Source: Stegostoma tigrinum
Lineage: Eukaryota
Assembly: GCF_030684315.1 (NCBI RefSeq)
Contig: NC_081355.1
Location: 129,947,178-130,011,177 of the forward strand
Direction: 5' to 3'
Length of the DNA stretch: 64,000 bases
Shown here: positions 13,471 through 26,749 of the stretch, in pieces
Layout of the letters: every line of letters starts with the position of its first letter
Position numbering within the stretch: position 1 is the stretch's first letter
Translations under genes and position numbers: made by a program
Notes under the pieces: model-generated
Databases searched by the model: none
What the model was told of the DNA's origin: nothing
What the model saw: the letters and a program-made list of their open reading frames with translations, nothing else

Positions 13471-15174
13471 ATGAGCACAGCAGGCCAAGCAGCATCTCAG
13501 GAGCACAAAAGCTAACGTTTCAGGCCTAGACCCTTCATCAGAGAGGGGGATGGGGAGAGGGAACTGGAATAAATAGGGAGTGAGGGGGAGGCGGACCGAA
13601 GATGAAGAGAAAACAAGATAGGTAGAGAGGAGAGTATAGGTGGGGAGGTAGGGAGGGGATAGGTCAGTCCAGGGAAGATGGACAGGTCAAGGAGGCGGGA
13701 TGAGGTGGTAGGTAGGAAATGGAGGTGCGGCTTGAGGTGGGAGGAAGGGATGGGTGAGAGGAAGAACAGGTTAGGGAAGCAGAGACAGGCTGGGCTGGTT
13801 TTGAGATGCAGTCGGGGGAGTGGACGAGCTGGGCTGGCCCCACCTCTTCCTCTGTTACATTGACGACTGTATCGGCACCACCTTTGCTCCCCAGAGGAGC
13901 TCGAACAGTTCATACACTTTACCAACACCATCCACCCCAACCTCAAGTTCACCTGGGCCATCTCCAACACATCCCTCACCTTCCTGGACCTCTCAGTCTC
14001 CATCTCAGGTAACCAGCTAGAAACTGATGTCCATTTCAAGCCCACTGACTCCCACAGCTACCTAGAATACACCTCCTCCCACCCACCCTCCAGCAAAAAT
14101 TCCATCCCCCATTTCCAATTCCTCCGCCTCCGCTCCCAGGATGAGGCATTCCACTCCCCCACATCCCAGATGTCCACGTTCTTCCAGGACCGCAACTTTC
14201 CCCCCGCAGTGGTCGAGAATGCCCTTGACCGCGTCTCCCGCATTTCCCGCAACACATCCTTCACACCCCACCCCCACCACAACCACCCCCAGAAGATCCC
14301 CCTCGTCCTCTCATACCAACCCACCAACCTCCAGATACAACGTATCATCCTCCGACACTTCCGCCATCTACAATCCGACCCCACCACTAAAGACATTTTT
14401 CCATCCCCACCCATGTCTGCCTTCCAAAGAGACCACCCAGAATGACTTTCCATATCAAGCAGATGTTCACCTGCACATCTGCCAATGTGGTATATCGTAT
14501 CCATTGCACCCGGTGTGGCTTCCTCTACATTGGGGAAACCAAGCGGAGGCTTGGGGACCGCTTTGCAGAACACCTCCACTCGGTTCGCAATAAACAACTG
14601 CACCTCCCAGTCGCGAACCATTTCAACTCCCCCTCCCATTCCTCAGACGACATGTCCATCATGGGTCTCCTGCAGTGCCACAATGATGCCACCCGAAGGT
14701 TGCAGGAACATCACCTCATATTCCGCTTGGAAACCCTGCAGCCCAATGGTATCAACGTAGACTTCACAAGCTTCAAAATCTCCCCTTCCCCTACTGCATC
14801 CCAAAACCAGGCCAGTTCTTCCCCTCCCCCCACTGCATCCCAAAACCAGCCCAGCCTGTTCTGCTTCCCTAACCTGTTCTTCCTCTCACCCATCCCTTCC
14901 TCCCACCTCAAGCCACACCTCCATTTCCTACCTACCACCTCATTCCTACCTATACTCTCCTCTCTACCTATCTTGTTTTCTCTCCATCTTCGGTCGACCT
15001 CCCCCTCTCTCCCTATTTATTCCAGTTCCCTCTCCCCATTCCCCTCTCTGAAGGTGGTTCTAGGCCCAAAACTTCAGCTTTTGTGCTCCTGAGATGCTGC
15101 TTGGCCTGCTGTGTTCATCCAGCTCCACACTTGGTTATCTTGGATTCTCCAGCATCTGCAGTTCCCATTATCAC
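13471..15174 (+). mobile_element. Neptune-type Penelope-like element, 5'-truncated, with inverted left arm (13471-~13835 on minus)
   Basis: YIDD RT motif (13820 ORF); GIY-YIG VVYRIHCTRCGFLYIGETKRRLGDRFAEH (14442-15092); exact 15-bp TSD TGGCACAGTAGTTAG at 13456-13470 and 15175-15189; internal deletion near 14435 relative to the 53-54 kb copy. Confidence 0.93.
13510..13543 (-). ncRNA. Minimal hammerhead ribozyme motif in PLE arm
   Basis: Minus strand ctCTGATGA-A-GGGTCTAGGCCT-GAAA-CG-TT-ag; core intact. Confidence 0.6.
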
Positions 15175-15845
15175 TGGCACAGTAGTTAGCACAGCTGTCT
15201 CTCAGTGCTAGGGAACGAGTTTCAATTCCAGCCTTGGGCGACTGACTGTGTGGAGTTTGCACATTCTCAAATGTGTCTGCATGGGTTTCCCTCCACAGTG
15301 CAAAGACATACATATTAGGTGGATTGGCCATGCTACTTTGCCCCATATTAATCAAGGAACGTGTAGGCTAGGAAGTTAGCCATGGTTAACTCAGACTGAC
15401 GGGAATAGGATAGGGGAGCTGGTCTTGCTGGGATGTTCTGCGCAGGGTTGCTGCAGACTCAATGGGCCAAATGGCCTCTACCAGTACTGGAGGGATTCGA
15501 TGATTCTACGGTTTGCACATCTTTTCAGTACTTCCAATACAGCAAAGGTGACATGACCAGATCTAAACCCAAAAAGATGCCAAGAACTAAAACATTATTT
15601 CAAATCTTAACCCCTTGTCAGCATTTTCATTCAACATGCTTAGTCATTTTGCCTGTCAAAATAAAGCAAGGTTTTCTGATGCAGTCCCATCGGGGGTGGG
15701 GGGAAAACAACTTTGCAGTTTTTCTCATTCAAGGAACTATGAAGCAAATTTCAATGAGATAAGGATCACAATACAATAAAGATCAACTCCATTAAAAAAA
15801 TTCCAAAGAAATGAATCAGTACTTTAGGTAAGTTATGAGTAAAGG

Positions 15846-15940
15846 GCTGAAAACAGCAGAAATTGCTGGAGAAACTCATATCTGTGGGAAAAAAGTACAA
15901 GTTAACATTTTGAGTCCAGTGACCCTTCATCTGAACTGAT
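15846..15940 (-). mobile_element. PLE-derived mini-element (second family) with decayed hammerhead
   Basis: Minus agtt-CAGATGA-A-GGGTCACTGGACTC-AAAA-TG-TT-aact; stem I agtt/aact. Confidence 0.7.
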
Positions 15941-16459
15941 TTGGGCCTCATTCACTCAAATCCCACTCTCAACTCTCAGTATTGTCTTCTGCCACACTCA
16001 AGCAGCAGGCATCCTGTTCTTCGTAGCCTCGCCACCACTTGCTCTGCCTCGAACAGCTTAGTGTTGTCACCACCCCTGCTGCACGGGCTTTATGAAGCTG
16101 CTCACTCACACAACTCATTACTCCCTACCGTCAAGGGCCTGCTTCCCTTCCGCATTTGCTGTTTTCTGGGGCAGACCACTTCTGACTGGAGGGGCATCTC
16201 CTTATAGAATCTCCCACTTCTTCCCGTTTGTGGACCATCTGGGCTTGGTTTCAGAGTTCACAAAAGCGAGAAGTGAAAGGGTCAAAGTTTTGACAGGTTG
16301 GCTATGGTGCTGATAGAGCTACCAGAAATACATCAGTCAGGAGAATGGATTAGGGTGGAGGCAAGTAAACATCACAACATATAGATTGGTCAGGGCCCAA
16401 AAACAATACAGATGTCTGGAAGTGAAAGTTACTGTTTCCTATTGATATATTGAATTGAA

Positions 16460-16580
16460 GGGTCTTCTGGTGGTGTGGCAGTGCCCCTACTTGTGAATTA
16501 AAAGGCCCAGGATCAAGTCCTGCCTGCATGTGCCAGTGGTGTATCTTATAAATTGACTGACTAGGTTAATTAAAAATATC
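16460..16580 (+). mobile_element. Short tRNA-derived SINE fragment
   Basis: GTGGCAGTGCCCCTAC...CCCAGGATCAAGTCC; homologous to 10685-10782. Confidence 0.5.
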
Positions 16581-17389
16581 GCATTTGCTCAGTTTAATGC
16601 CGATTCATGGGGAACCACTAACGATAACTAAAATGTCTAGCTAAGGTGTAGGGCTGCAGATACACTAGACAAATCCTTCACTTACCAACCTAAGGGAGCA
16701 TTTCTTCACGTTTTATGTGATTTGCTGTAGATTGGTTAACAAGAGTCCAGACATGACGGGGAAACCAAGATTAACAAATGCTGAGTCCAGTCGCTTATTC
16801 AGCAGTAAGTATTCTGCCAAAGACAACCAGATGCAAACAATATATCTGGCTCCAGGGTAGACATATTAAAGCCAGGCAAAGCACTTGATGGGTGTGAGCA
16901 CGCGCCAGCAGCCTTGGAGAACATTCCTTTGAGAAATAAAGAATCCCCAAGCTTTGCTTAAAACAGCACCTTGTTTTAGAAATATGAGCTTTAAACTGAC
17001 AATAACTATCACATCCTTTTGCAGATTGTTCAAAATTACTAAGACAGATCTGACCAGGATCCAAGGAAAAGAAACAGATGAAAATCACACTAAGTTTTCA
17101 GTTCTCTTTAAGAAATAGAAGAATAATTCCTTCAGAGCAAATCTCCTGCACAATTCAGGTTACAAACAAAATATCAGACATGAACTTATCAAATAATGTG
17201 GTGGCTATTAACAAGCCTCTTATATAACTGTCATCTTTCCAATGTGAATTGAAAAAAATGGCATTGAGAGATCGTTTGGACTTCTAATACACAAAATTGT
17301 GACTTGAACAATGGTTTCTAATTGAAAGCCCGTAACCCAATATGGCAAATGTCTTATGATCATTGATCACACATAGAATTATTGGTTAA

Positions 17390-17950
17390 AGATTTGCAAA
17401 ATCGGAAAATGGTTAAGGCACAGAAGGAAGTAACGGTGCAATTATCTCAGCTAGTCCCAACCGTCCACCTTTACCATATACACTCAATATTTCTCTCCAG
17501 TTTATTATAGAATTTCCAGTTTAAAGTCATGATTGAATCCGACGTCACCACACTCTCAAGTAAAATGTCCAGATCCTATGAACTCAAATGTAAAATAATC
17601 TCATTGAAGCACATAGGATTCTTAAGGGGTCTGACAGGGTAAATGCTGAGAAGAGGTTTCCCTTCATGTGAGAATCTCAGACCAGAAGAGACAAATTTGA
17701 CGGATTCTCTCTCTCCCTCTGGAAATTGATCCTCCTCGTTTTTTCAAAAATCTTTTTGACTTAAATATTGGTGCTCTCACACTATTGTTGGTCAAAATCC
17801 TGTAACTTGCTTCCTTCATAGCACCTGAACAAAAAGGATTGAGGCAGCTGGAGAAGGTGGCTTGTCACCACATTCAAAGGGCAATGTGGGCTGGGCAATA
17901 TATGTTAGCCTTGCCAATGATGTTTGAATCCTATGGATGAATGAAAAAAA
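17390..17950. mobile_element. Cluster of old CR1 and LINE 3' fragments
   Basis: Minus CR1 tail (17390-17600), plus CR1 piece (17605-17700), LINE 3' end ending GATGAATGAAAAAAA (17770-17950). Confidence 0.5.
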
Positions 17951-18519
17951 AGGCAATTTTGGAAATGAAAATTTTCCAACATACTTTATGCAAAGAGGTC
18001 ATGTGGTTTGAATCAATGAAGAAATCCACAGCGCAGAAATGATTTCTCTTTTTTAAGATAATACTCTGCAGTAAGTAGCAAAGTTCAAAGACAGTCTGCC
18101 AATTTCTCCATTAACGTATCTTTGAAGGGCTCTGTGTTAACACTGACAAGACCCATTCAGAAGCGAACAGGTCAATTAAAGGTCTTCAGCAAAAGCAGTC
18201 ACGAGATTCTTCCTCCTTCCTAAAACTGCCAATTGCTTGACCTGGTGAGATCTATTCATTTTGTCGAATCACAACAATATCGAGACTAGACAAATTTCTT
18301 AAGCTGATAAATTATTCCTTTTACATGCATGGAGGTTAATGAAAATCAAATAGAGGTGGAGCCAGAAAATAGTTATAGCAAACACATGACTGAAGAGTTT
18401 CTAAAACAAAAGACAAACTTAAAAGTCTTAAGGCTTATCTTCCATCTTATATTGATCACTTTCCAGCCATAAAAAGGAATCTAACTGTCTCCATTCTGAC
18501 AGTTAACTGGGAGTTTCTT

Positions 18520-19280
18520 TGGGAAGAATCGAGAAATGAATTCCATAAGATGGAAAAATAAAGTACCAACACTGTCCTATCAGACTTAGGTGAAATAATT
18601 CTCCTTCGGCAGCACCTTCCAAATCCAGAAGGGCAACCATCCAGAAGATCAAGGGGAACAGATGCATGAAGACCTGATCCCAGAAATGAAGGGTTTGTCC
18701 TATCAGGAGTAATTGAGGATACCAGGTCTGTCCTCAAGAGACTTTCAGAGGAGAGGGCAGTATCTGATTGAAACTTACAGAATACTGAGAGGCCTGAACG
18801 GAGTAAACATGGGAAAGATGTTTCCACTAGTAAAGAGGATAGGACCTATGGGCAACATCTCGGACTGACCCTTTAGACTGAAATGAGGAGGAATTTCTTC
18901 ATCCCGAATGTGGTGAATCTGTGAAACTCACTCCTCAAAGGACTAACGGCCAAGTTATTGAGTGCATTTCAGACAAAGATAAATAGATGCTTGATTAGGA
19001 AGAGGATCAAGGGTTGCAGGGAGAAGGCAAGAGAATGGGGTTGAGAAACACATCAGCCACAATCAAATGGCAAAGCAGACTCAAAGGGTCAAACAGCCTA
19101 ATTCTGTCTTCTGGTGCCATACCAGCATCACTTGCAAGTTCTGCTTCAAATAATTCACTACCCTGATGTGAAATTATATCAATGTTTCTTCACTGTTACA
19201 AGGTCAAAATCCTGAAACTCCTTCTAGAACAGCATTCATACAGGCAACCCACAACTATTACCTGCAGAGCAATTAGACAA
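18520..19280 (+). mobile_element. CR1 3' fragment (18680-19110) nested in a LINE 3' end
   Basis: GATTGAAACTTACAGAATACTGAGAGG...GAAATGAGGAGGAATTTCTTC...CAAAGGGTCAAACAGCCTAATTCTG; flanks match the 2340-2520 family. Confidence 0.7.
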
Positions 19281-20109
19281 CAAGTGGTGACCAATGTCCC
19301 AAGAACTAATCATCAAGGAAAAAACCAGGCAACACACGCCCAAGCAATTATGAACAGCAGACTGTGTAATGCAGTACTAAATACGAAAGGCATCTGCTCT
19401 GATCTGTACATTCATGTTCAGTCTGAGAAGAAAACACTGTCGACTATCAGTGCTCTTGCTTAATAATTTTGGCACACACTTTAAAGTTTCTTTTGTATAC
19501 AATCTTTTCAACTCAATCCTTGTGTAATTGGACACTAGGCCAACATATAACAAGATCAAGTATTACCGACTGATTCGCTCAACTGAGAAGTTTGGAATGC
19601 TCATAAAGCAAGTTATTGCTCCCCGTACGCTGGAGCTATTCAGTCACTACTGCCAAACTGGGTCAGCCTAAAGGAAAATACATTCAACTCGTCTGAAGTT
19701 TGCATTCAAGCTCAATTCCAAGCAGGAATGTAGCCTGCCTGGTTTGGAATGTTACTGGCAATTTCACTAAAGGTGGAGCAGGGGAAAGAAATGGATGAGG
19801 GGAGAGGGGTAGATATTATCCAGCTGGGCTGATGCAAATAGACAGCAGAAGCCTTTTTAAATTTTGCATATAATTTGTATGTAAAAAGATTAAGTCGAGA
19901 AGAAATTGCACTTTCATTATGGCTTCAGAATACATGACCATTACCACAGAAATAAGACAAAACATATCGCATCAATGTCTGACTCTGCAAGAAATCAAGT
20001 GATGCAACTGATCTTAGTCATCTCCAGAGTAGGAAATCATTTTTCATACAAATAAAAAGTTTACGCTCCAATCACACCCAACTGATCATTCCTGGGAAAA
20101 ATAAAACAT

Positions 20110-20890
20110 ATCTATGAAGGGTGTTTCACAATCTCACGATGCTCCAAAACACTTCACAACCAATTAATTGTAGTCAATTCTACAAAAGAGGCAACATGGC
20201 AGCTGAAGTACACAGAAAGCACACAACTTACAATTAAAGTGATCCATCAGATTATTTCTTCCAAGCGTTGGTTGAGCCATAAACATTTGTCAGTACTCCA
20301 AGACAATTTTCTCATTCTCTGATTAATGCCACATACACTCTCACCCATTTGAGGGTACAGACAGGCCAGAAAGTTTAATAAATCCTCCAAAAGGTTACAA
20401 GGAGCCATTGCATGGATTACTGCTCAACTTTTATACAGTGAGGCTTTAATCAATGATTTCCTGATTTACAAGTGAGGCAATGCTAAGAGTTTTAGACTCA
20501 AGACATCAATTTGCAATCACTGCAGTCTCAGAGGTTACAGGTTCAAGTCCCACTTCAAGCATATTTTCTGATAAACCAATATTTCAGTAAAACATTGAAG
20601 GGGGAGTGTTCCATGGTCAAATGTGTCAATTTTTGATCCATTATTACACCAATGTTCAATCTGTCTGTTCTGCACATTGTAAATAGCAATGCTGTATGTG
20701 TTATTCATAGAGCTACAAAAACTACCTTTTGGCTAAAATTCATCCCTCACCCACTACATCCAAACAAAAAATGTCAATCGACCCAATTTCTGTTTACTGG
20801 ATCTTTATTTATCTAAAATTACTTCTCTAATAAATGTGCTTCAAATGCAAGCAATTCCTTTCGGGCAATTATGAACAGGTTAAGATGCAG
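20110..20890. mobile_element. Head-to-head pair of Deu-domain SINEs (minus 20110-20485, plus 20520-20890)
   Basis: GGTTCAAGTCCCACT B-box head on plus; reverse Deu core and tail on the left. Confidence 0.5.
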
Positions 20891-21759
20891 GTCAGCACAT
20901 TACAACATGGTCTCCAGTAATTGAGAGAGCACTTGAATGAGGACTTAACAAGGTGTAAAAAGTAAATAACAGAAACTAACAGTCAACAAATTCCTCACTG
21001 TTAGGTCTACAAATAAAATATTTCAATTTTTTTAATAAAAGCAGGATTCAGTAGGAAACGCAACAATCAGATTGTAATTCTTTGGCTGCGTTCTGATTTC
21101 CTGGTGTTGGGAAATATGTGGGATCACAGTTAACAATGGTGCTTGCTTTATTTTTGCCAGCTACTGACTGCTGAGCAAACATCAGACAATGATGTCACAC
21201 AGGATGCTAGTCTGAATGAGACCAATAGCAGGAAGAGCTGATCCCACAATGCCGTTCACAGATGTGTCTGAAAAAGCCTGCTTTGCCTGGGAACAAAATA
21301 TTCATGTAACAAATTAATATTTATTTCCCAGGTAAATACTGGGTCCTAACTTGCAGCTATGTGGTGCCCTCAGTACTCTTTAGAAAGGAAATATTATTTT
21401 ACAGCCATCTATAACAAGATATATAATCGATGGTCAAAGAAGTTGATACCTTAATGGAGAAGAGAGGAGAAGAATGGCAGAGAAGCTCATTCAGTTAATT
21501 ACAAAGTTTAGGGCCGAGGCAGTTTCAGGCAAGCAAACCAAAAGAAAAATGAATCACACGACAGACCAGAAACAGCGCAGTGCAAAAATCTCAGTTTGGG
21601 TCTACGCCTGCTGGAAGTTACAGAGAAAGTGTGTGAGCTCAATAAAAAGGACACAAATGCAAAGGATGAATGCGCCCTGCAAGACAGTGAGGTCTCAGCT
21701 TTCAGTTCCAAAAGATCCAAAACATTCACATTTTTTAAAAAATAGATCTGAAATAGAAG

Positions 21760-21954
21760 GGGCAGTGAGAACTGCCAATGTTGGAGTCAGAGATAATAGT
21801 GTGGAGCTGCAGCATTGCAGGCCAGGCAGCAGAGGAGCAGGTAAGTTGACATTTTGGGTTGGGACCCATTTCTGAACAAGGGTTAGGGTGAGGTCAACTT
21901 TCTTGCTCCTCTGATGCCGCCTGGCTGCTGTGCTCCTCCAGCTCCACACTGTGT
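21760..21954. mobile_element. Inverted-dimer PLE mini-element
   Basis: Minus arm ~21760-21870 and plus arm ~21871-21954; exact 17-bp TSD TAGATCTGAAATAGAAG at 21743-21759 and 21955-21971. Confidence 0.85.
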
Positions 21955-21959
21955 TAGAT

Positions 21960-23150
21960 CTGAAATAGAAGTTGCCGGAAAAGCTCAGCAGGTCTGGCAG
22001 CATCTGTGAAGAAAGAAAATCTGGGTTAACGCTTTATAAACAATAGACAATAGGTGCTGGAGTAGGCTATTCGGCCCTTCGAGCCAGCACCACCATTCAT
22101 TATTATCATGGCTGATCATCCACAATCAGTATTCTGTTCCTGCCTTATCCCCATAACCCATGGTTCCACTAACTTTAACAGCTCTATCCATCTCTTTCTT
22201 GAAAGTATCCAGAGACTTGGCCTCCACTGCCTTCTGGGGCAGAGCATTCCATATATCCACCACTCTCTGGGTGAAGAAGCTTTTCCTCAACTCTGTTCTA
22301 TATGGCCTACACCTTATTTTTAAACTGTCCCCTCTGGTTCTGGACTCCCCCCATCAGCAGAAACATGCTTCCTGCCTCCAGTGTCCAATCCCTTAATAAT
22401 CTTATACGTCTCAATCAGATCCCCTCTCATCCTTCTAAACTCAAGTGTATACAAGCCCAGTCGCTCCAATCTGTCAACATATGATAGTCCCGCCATTCCG
22501 GGAATTGACCTTGTGAACCTACGCTGCACTCCCTCAATAGCAAGAATGTCCTTCCTCAAATCTGGAGACCAGAACTGCACACAATACTCCAGATGTGGTC
22601 TCACCAGGGCCCTGTACAGCTGCAGAAGGACCTCTTTGCTCCTATACTCATTCCTCTTGTTATGAAGGCCAGCATGCCATTAGCTTTCTTCACTGCCTGC
22701 TGTACCTGCATGCTTGCTTTCATTGAATGATGTACAAGAACACCTAGATCTCGTTGTACTTCCCCTTTACCTAACTTGATTCCATTGAGATAGTAATCTG
22801 CCTTCCTGTTCTTGCCACCAAAGTGTACAACCTAACATTTATCCACATTAAACTGCATCTGCCATGCATCCGTCCACTCACCTAGCCTGTTCAAATCACC
22901 CTGTATTCTCATAACATCCTCCTCACATTTCACACTGCCACCCAGCTTTGTGTCATCGGCAAATTTGCTAATATTACTTATACTGCCTTCGTATTTGTCA
23001 TTAATGTATATTAGAAACAACTGCAGTCCCAGCACCGAACCTTGTGGTACCCCATGTTGCCATTCTGAAAGGGACCCGTTTATCACTACTCTTTGCTTCC
23101 TGTCAGCCAGCCAGTTTTCAATCCAAGCTTTGGGTCCGTGGCCCTTCTTT
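21960..23150 (-). mobile_element. PLE mini-element (second family) split by a CR1 (21960-22035 + 23127-23150)
   Basis: GGAAAAGCTCAGCAGGTCTGGCAGCATCTGTG...GTTAACGCTTT resumes as TTTGGGTCCGTGGCCCTTCTT after the CR1. Confidence 0.6.
22040..23126 (-). mobile_element. Relatively young CR1 LINE, 5'-truncated
   Basis: GVPQGSVLG, FADDTKLGG, RPHLEYCVQFWSP, RMRGDLIETYKI; CTATTGT-repeat tail. Confidence 0.95.
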
Positions 23151-23436
23151 TGGTTTTTGATTTTTAACACACCTGAAATGCCCAGCTGAGTAATTTGCAC
23201 ACTCCTAATTAAGGTTAAACTTTGTCATTTTGTCTGCACATTGCATTTGATGCTGCCAGTGGCACAATATATTGCAGACTTCACACACACAACAGATTCA
23301 TCAATATATGTTATTAATACTGTGCTGAGGCAAAGGCATTTGACTTCATTTCAATAGAAAGGTATAAAAGTCTGGAATGAAGTTTTAGAATTGAGTTCTG
23401 ACAAACGTTAAGAAAATATCAATTGTCAGAGTTTAC

Positions 23437-23541
23437 CTTGTGAACCAACCCAAATGTGTCTGAATTTCTCCCTTCAGTCTGTGATATTTCAACCGCATAG
23501 GGAATAAATAATGTTAGCACAATTGGCCTTGCTGCTTTCAA
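23437..23541 (-). other. Candidate 105-nt exon (unverified)
   Basis: ctttctctttttgtag|TTG...AAG|gtaaac; open phase 0-0: LKAARPIVLTLFIPYAVEISQTEGRNSDTFGLVHK; no homolog recognised. Confidence 0.25.
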
Positions 23542-24279
23542 CTACAAAAAGAGAAAGTGTGACCACTAGCCAATGTAGACAGGATCGTTGATGGTGGTGG
23601 TTGAGAGTTGAGGAGAATGATGGGTATTCAGCATTGATTATAGCCCCAAAGCTCCAACAATCGCACTTCCAATATTCATCATGAATATTAAACTGAAAAA
23701 TAATATCCATGGAATAAGCTTCTGAAGGGCAGGCCATATTTCCAACTGAAGAGTTAATGTAAGGAGGGAAAGTGAGCAAACATGTGAGGGAGAGATAAAA
23801 CAAGAATAAAGACACCTAAAGATGATGATCTCACACCTGATTCAACAGACAGCACATTTATCTTCTAAGCACCATTTTTATTCTATTCTTAAAATATTGC
23901 CAAAGTTCTGCCTTGGCCGATTACCAATAGCAATTTGAATGGGCCTAGATTTTCAACAGTTTGAATAGACACCTAATGTTTTGCCTTGATTGGCCACAAA
24001 GCTGTGGAAACAGATGTGTAAGTCAGCACTGCCAGTTCTGTGCAAGGAGGAGTGCCTCTCCCAGAACAAACATGTTCAAGTACAACAATGCTCAATGGAA
24101 TGAAATCTAGTTCACATTTTGTTAGCAATCAATAAATATAACTATGCACGGAGGTGAGAGCTGAACTCAGATTGACTGCAACATTTCCATGTCCAGTGTC
24201 AAACGAAACACTCCAAATCTCAATCACAGAAGTCAGATAGATAGCACTTTCTGGTGCCACTTGGAATCGTACAAGTTTA

Positions 24280-25075
24280 TCACGCACCAGGATGGCTTCT
24301 TCCCTTCTTCTTGGTGAGTCCATTTCAAATGGGCTCCAACATGGATGTTCAATGTGTAATCTGCAGACTGTCACATGCAGGGCAGGTGGTATACAACAGC
24401 TCAGGCAGATGAATCACACGGAGGTCTGAGGACTCACTGCGCTCAAATTTGTCTCCGTGTTGGGGGACTTCAACAGCGGCAATGAGTTCAGAGCCTTTCT
24501 GAATGAGCCTTCCCCATTTTGGTTGCGGATTGGGGCCCTCAGGAGTTGGTAGGGATGCCAGACTTCCTCACAGACTGTTCGAAGGCATCTCTAAAACATT
24601 TTCACTATCCTGCACTGACCAAGTCCAGAGAACAGCAGTCGATTCAGGATTCTGATGTCAGACATATGAATGACATGACATGCCTGTGCAGCAGATATGA
24701 TTCAGCACAATGGCACAATCCCAGAAAACGTAAACCATTGTCAAATCCTTGGCAGACTTCCCTCAAAAAAGGTAGACATGAACATGAAGATTTGCACAAT
24801 GGAGACAATGGCAAACTCAGACTAACTGCAGTGGAGGTTTTGTGGACCAGGATATCAAACTGAAAGCTGTGGTCATGATTTAGGGGAGGGCAGTGATCCC
24901 TGTACAGTAATACACTTTGGAGACAAGGATAACTCTTACCAAGTACCTCAAAGCACTGGAGAAGTACAACCAGCCATGCCTTCCGAAAGACCTTCCAATC
25001 CCATAGCTTAAAAGGTAGCCCCCCAACAGTAGGGCCCACTCCCAAGCCAACGTGCTGGCATCAAAACACTAAACA
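24280..25075 (-). mobile_element. RTE-clade LINE 3' part with 5' inversion (minus 24280-24697; inverted plus segment 24700-25075)
   Basis: Minus: GHVIHMSDIRILNRLLFS...FRDAFEQSVRKSGIP...TCPAC; plus: ENVNH...DQDIKLK...KYLKALEKYNQPCL...SQANV. Confidence 0.75.
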
Positions 25076-26749
25076 CCAATATGTAAAGCAGAGAGAGCAA
25101 CATGTGTATTTAACTAAGTGAGTAAAGATATTTGAAGTTTAGGAGGATTTGAGGGCTGATGGAAGGAAACCCCACAAACAAACCAAGTCACGGTGCACCT
25201 TGCACCTGAAATTATGAGAATACTTCACTTCTCTTCATAGGTCATTGGTCAAAGTTACAATCTATTCTAAAGGAGCTATTACCACATTATAAATGAAAAA
25301 TCAATATGAAAAAACTATCCCCTTTTAATGCAACTAACCAGACAACATATTTGCCATTAAAATGTCTTTTCAATGCAAAGGAAATTGGATATCATCTGCA
25401 GCCAGACATTTTAAACAGCTAAAATAATTTGTTCCTAACCTTTTAAGTCTATTTTGCAGAAATTTAAATAAGAAAGGACAAGAAAAGTAGCTAAATACAA
25501 GAATCATACCATTAATGGTATTTATTGTTCATCTTAATCAGAGTGGAATTGTTATATTAGATGGCGCAGATGCAGACTTAAAACAATTCATGTTTCCTGT
25601 ACACTGGTCCAATTAGATCATGTTATTTTTAAATGCTTTTTACCTACCTCATTTACAGTACATTCCAACTAAAAATTTAATGTTCAGCATAAATGTAATT
25701 GCCTCAACTAGCAAGACATTTCACAATGTACTGTCTCAATCTGTTGATTAGTTTCACTTCTTTTTAAAGAGAAGATTTTTGAACAAACATGGGACCTCAA
25801 CCCAATGTACCATATGTTTAAATAATACGACATCCACTTGCTTTATTAAGGGCTACATTTAGTCCTATTTTTAATATTTTCATGAACATCTGCAGAAGCT
25901 CTATATATTATATGCTTGCCATATTTTTTCAACACATCCTCTGCAACAGTAAATCACTAATAGTGACAACTTTCCTGGACGGCTATGTTCCCTACAGATT
26001 CGCACACATATGGTGTAAGCATATGTACCCACACAGAAGGAGAGATGGACAAGACAATGAAGAATATAATACACAAAAGTGTTGTATTTTACTTCATACA
26101 TCAAAAGACAAAACATTTCTGAAAAGGTCTTTAACTCAGTTCTTATTGCACGAATCTTTGAGACATATTTCGCTGGTATTAACATAATTCTATTAAAAAC
26201 TTCATTAGTGAATTATGTAATTTTTAATTGACAGTCATATTAAGAAATGGCCAACAACCATCAACCGTTGACAGCAAAGACTAATGTGACCTACAGCCAC
26301 TACTGTAGGTCATATAGGATCATTGAAAAACATTGCCTCAAATTTCTGAGCTACATAAAAATTTACTGAACACGGAGCTGAAGCCTGGCCACTTCTTCAT
26401 ACTTCCTTCTCTTGAAAAGGCACCACCTACATTTTTACCAATGACGATTCTAAGTTTTATCAGTCAATTACGAAACAACAATTGATAAAAATATTTTTTA
26501 AAAATTTCTGTTTCTCTCCCCAAAAAAAGGCCCAGTTCCCCAAATGGCAGCAAGCAATTGATTCTCGATTAAGCCCCAGTGATCAATTGTCCAAACGATA
26601 GTCTTGAATGAAATTTGCATTTACAAAATCATTCTGTCCAGAACAGGTCCTCCATCCATCTCACTTGCACCATCAAAACAATGCTAAATCTCCACTTATC
26701 CCCCAGCAGCATGAGATAGAGCTTATCCAGACTTTTTTTTTGGGAGGGA

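Larger units (their letters stand above)
13448..15510 (+). mobile_element. HE1-like tRNA-derived V-SINE, split by the PLE (13448-13470 + 15175-15510)
   Basis: A-box-like CAGTGGCACAGTAGTTAGC; GTTTCAATTCC B-box; TGTGTGGAGTTTGCACATTCT V-domain; CR1-like 3' tail. Confidence 0.8.

Noticed and set aside
15175-15240. tRNA genes (also 32757-32825 and 40780-40850)
   Set aside because: A/B-box heads continue into SINE bodies; no complete cloverleaf.
19560-19680. ~100-nt minus-strand exon candidate
   Set aside because: Stops in all frames from the acceptor; weak donor.
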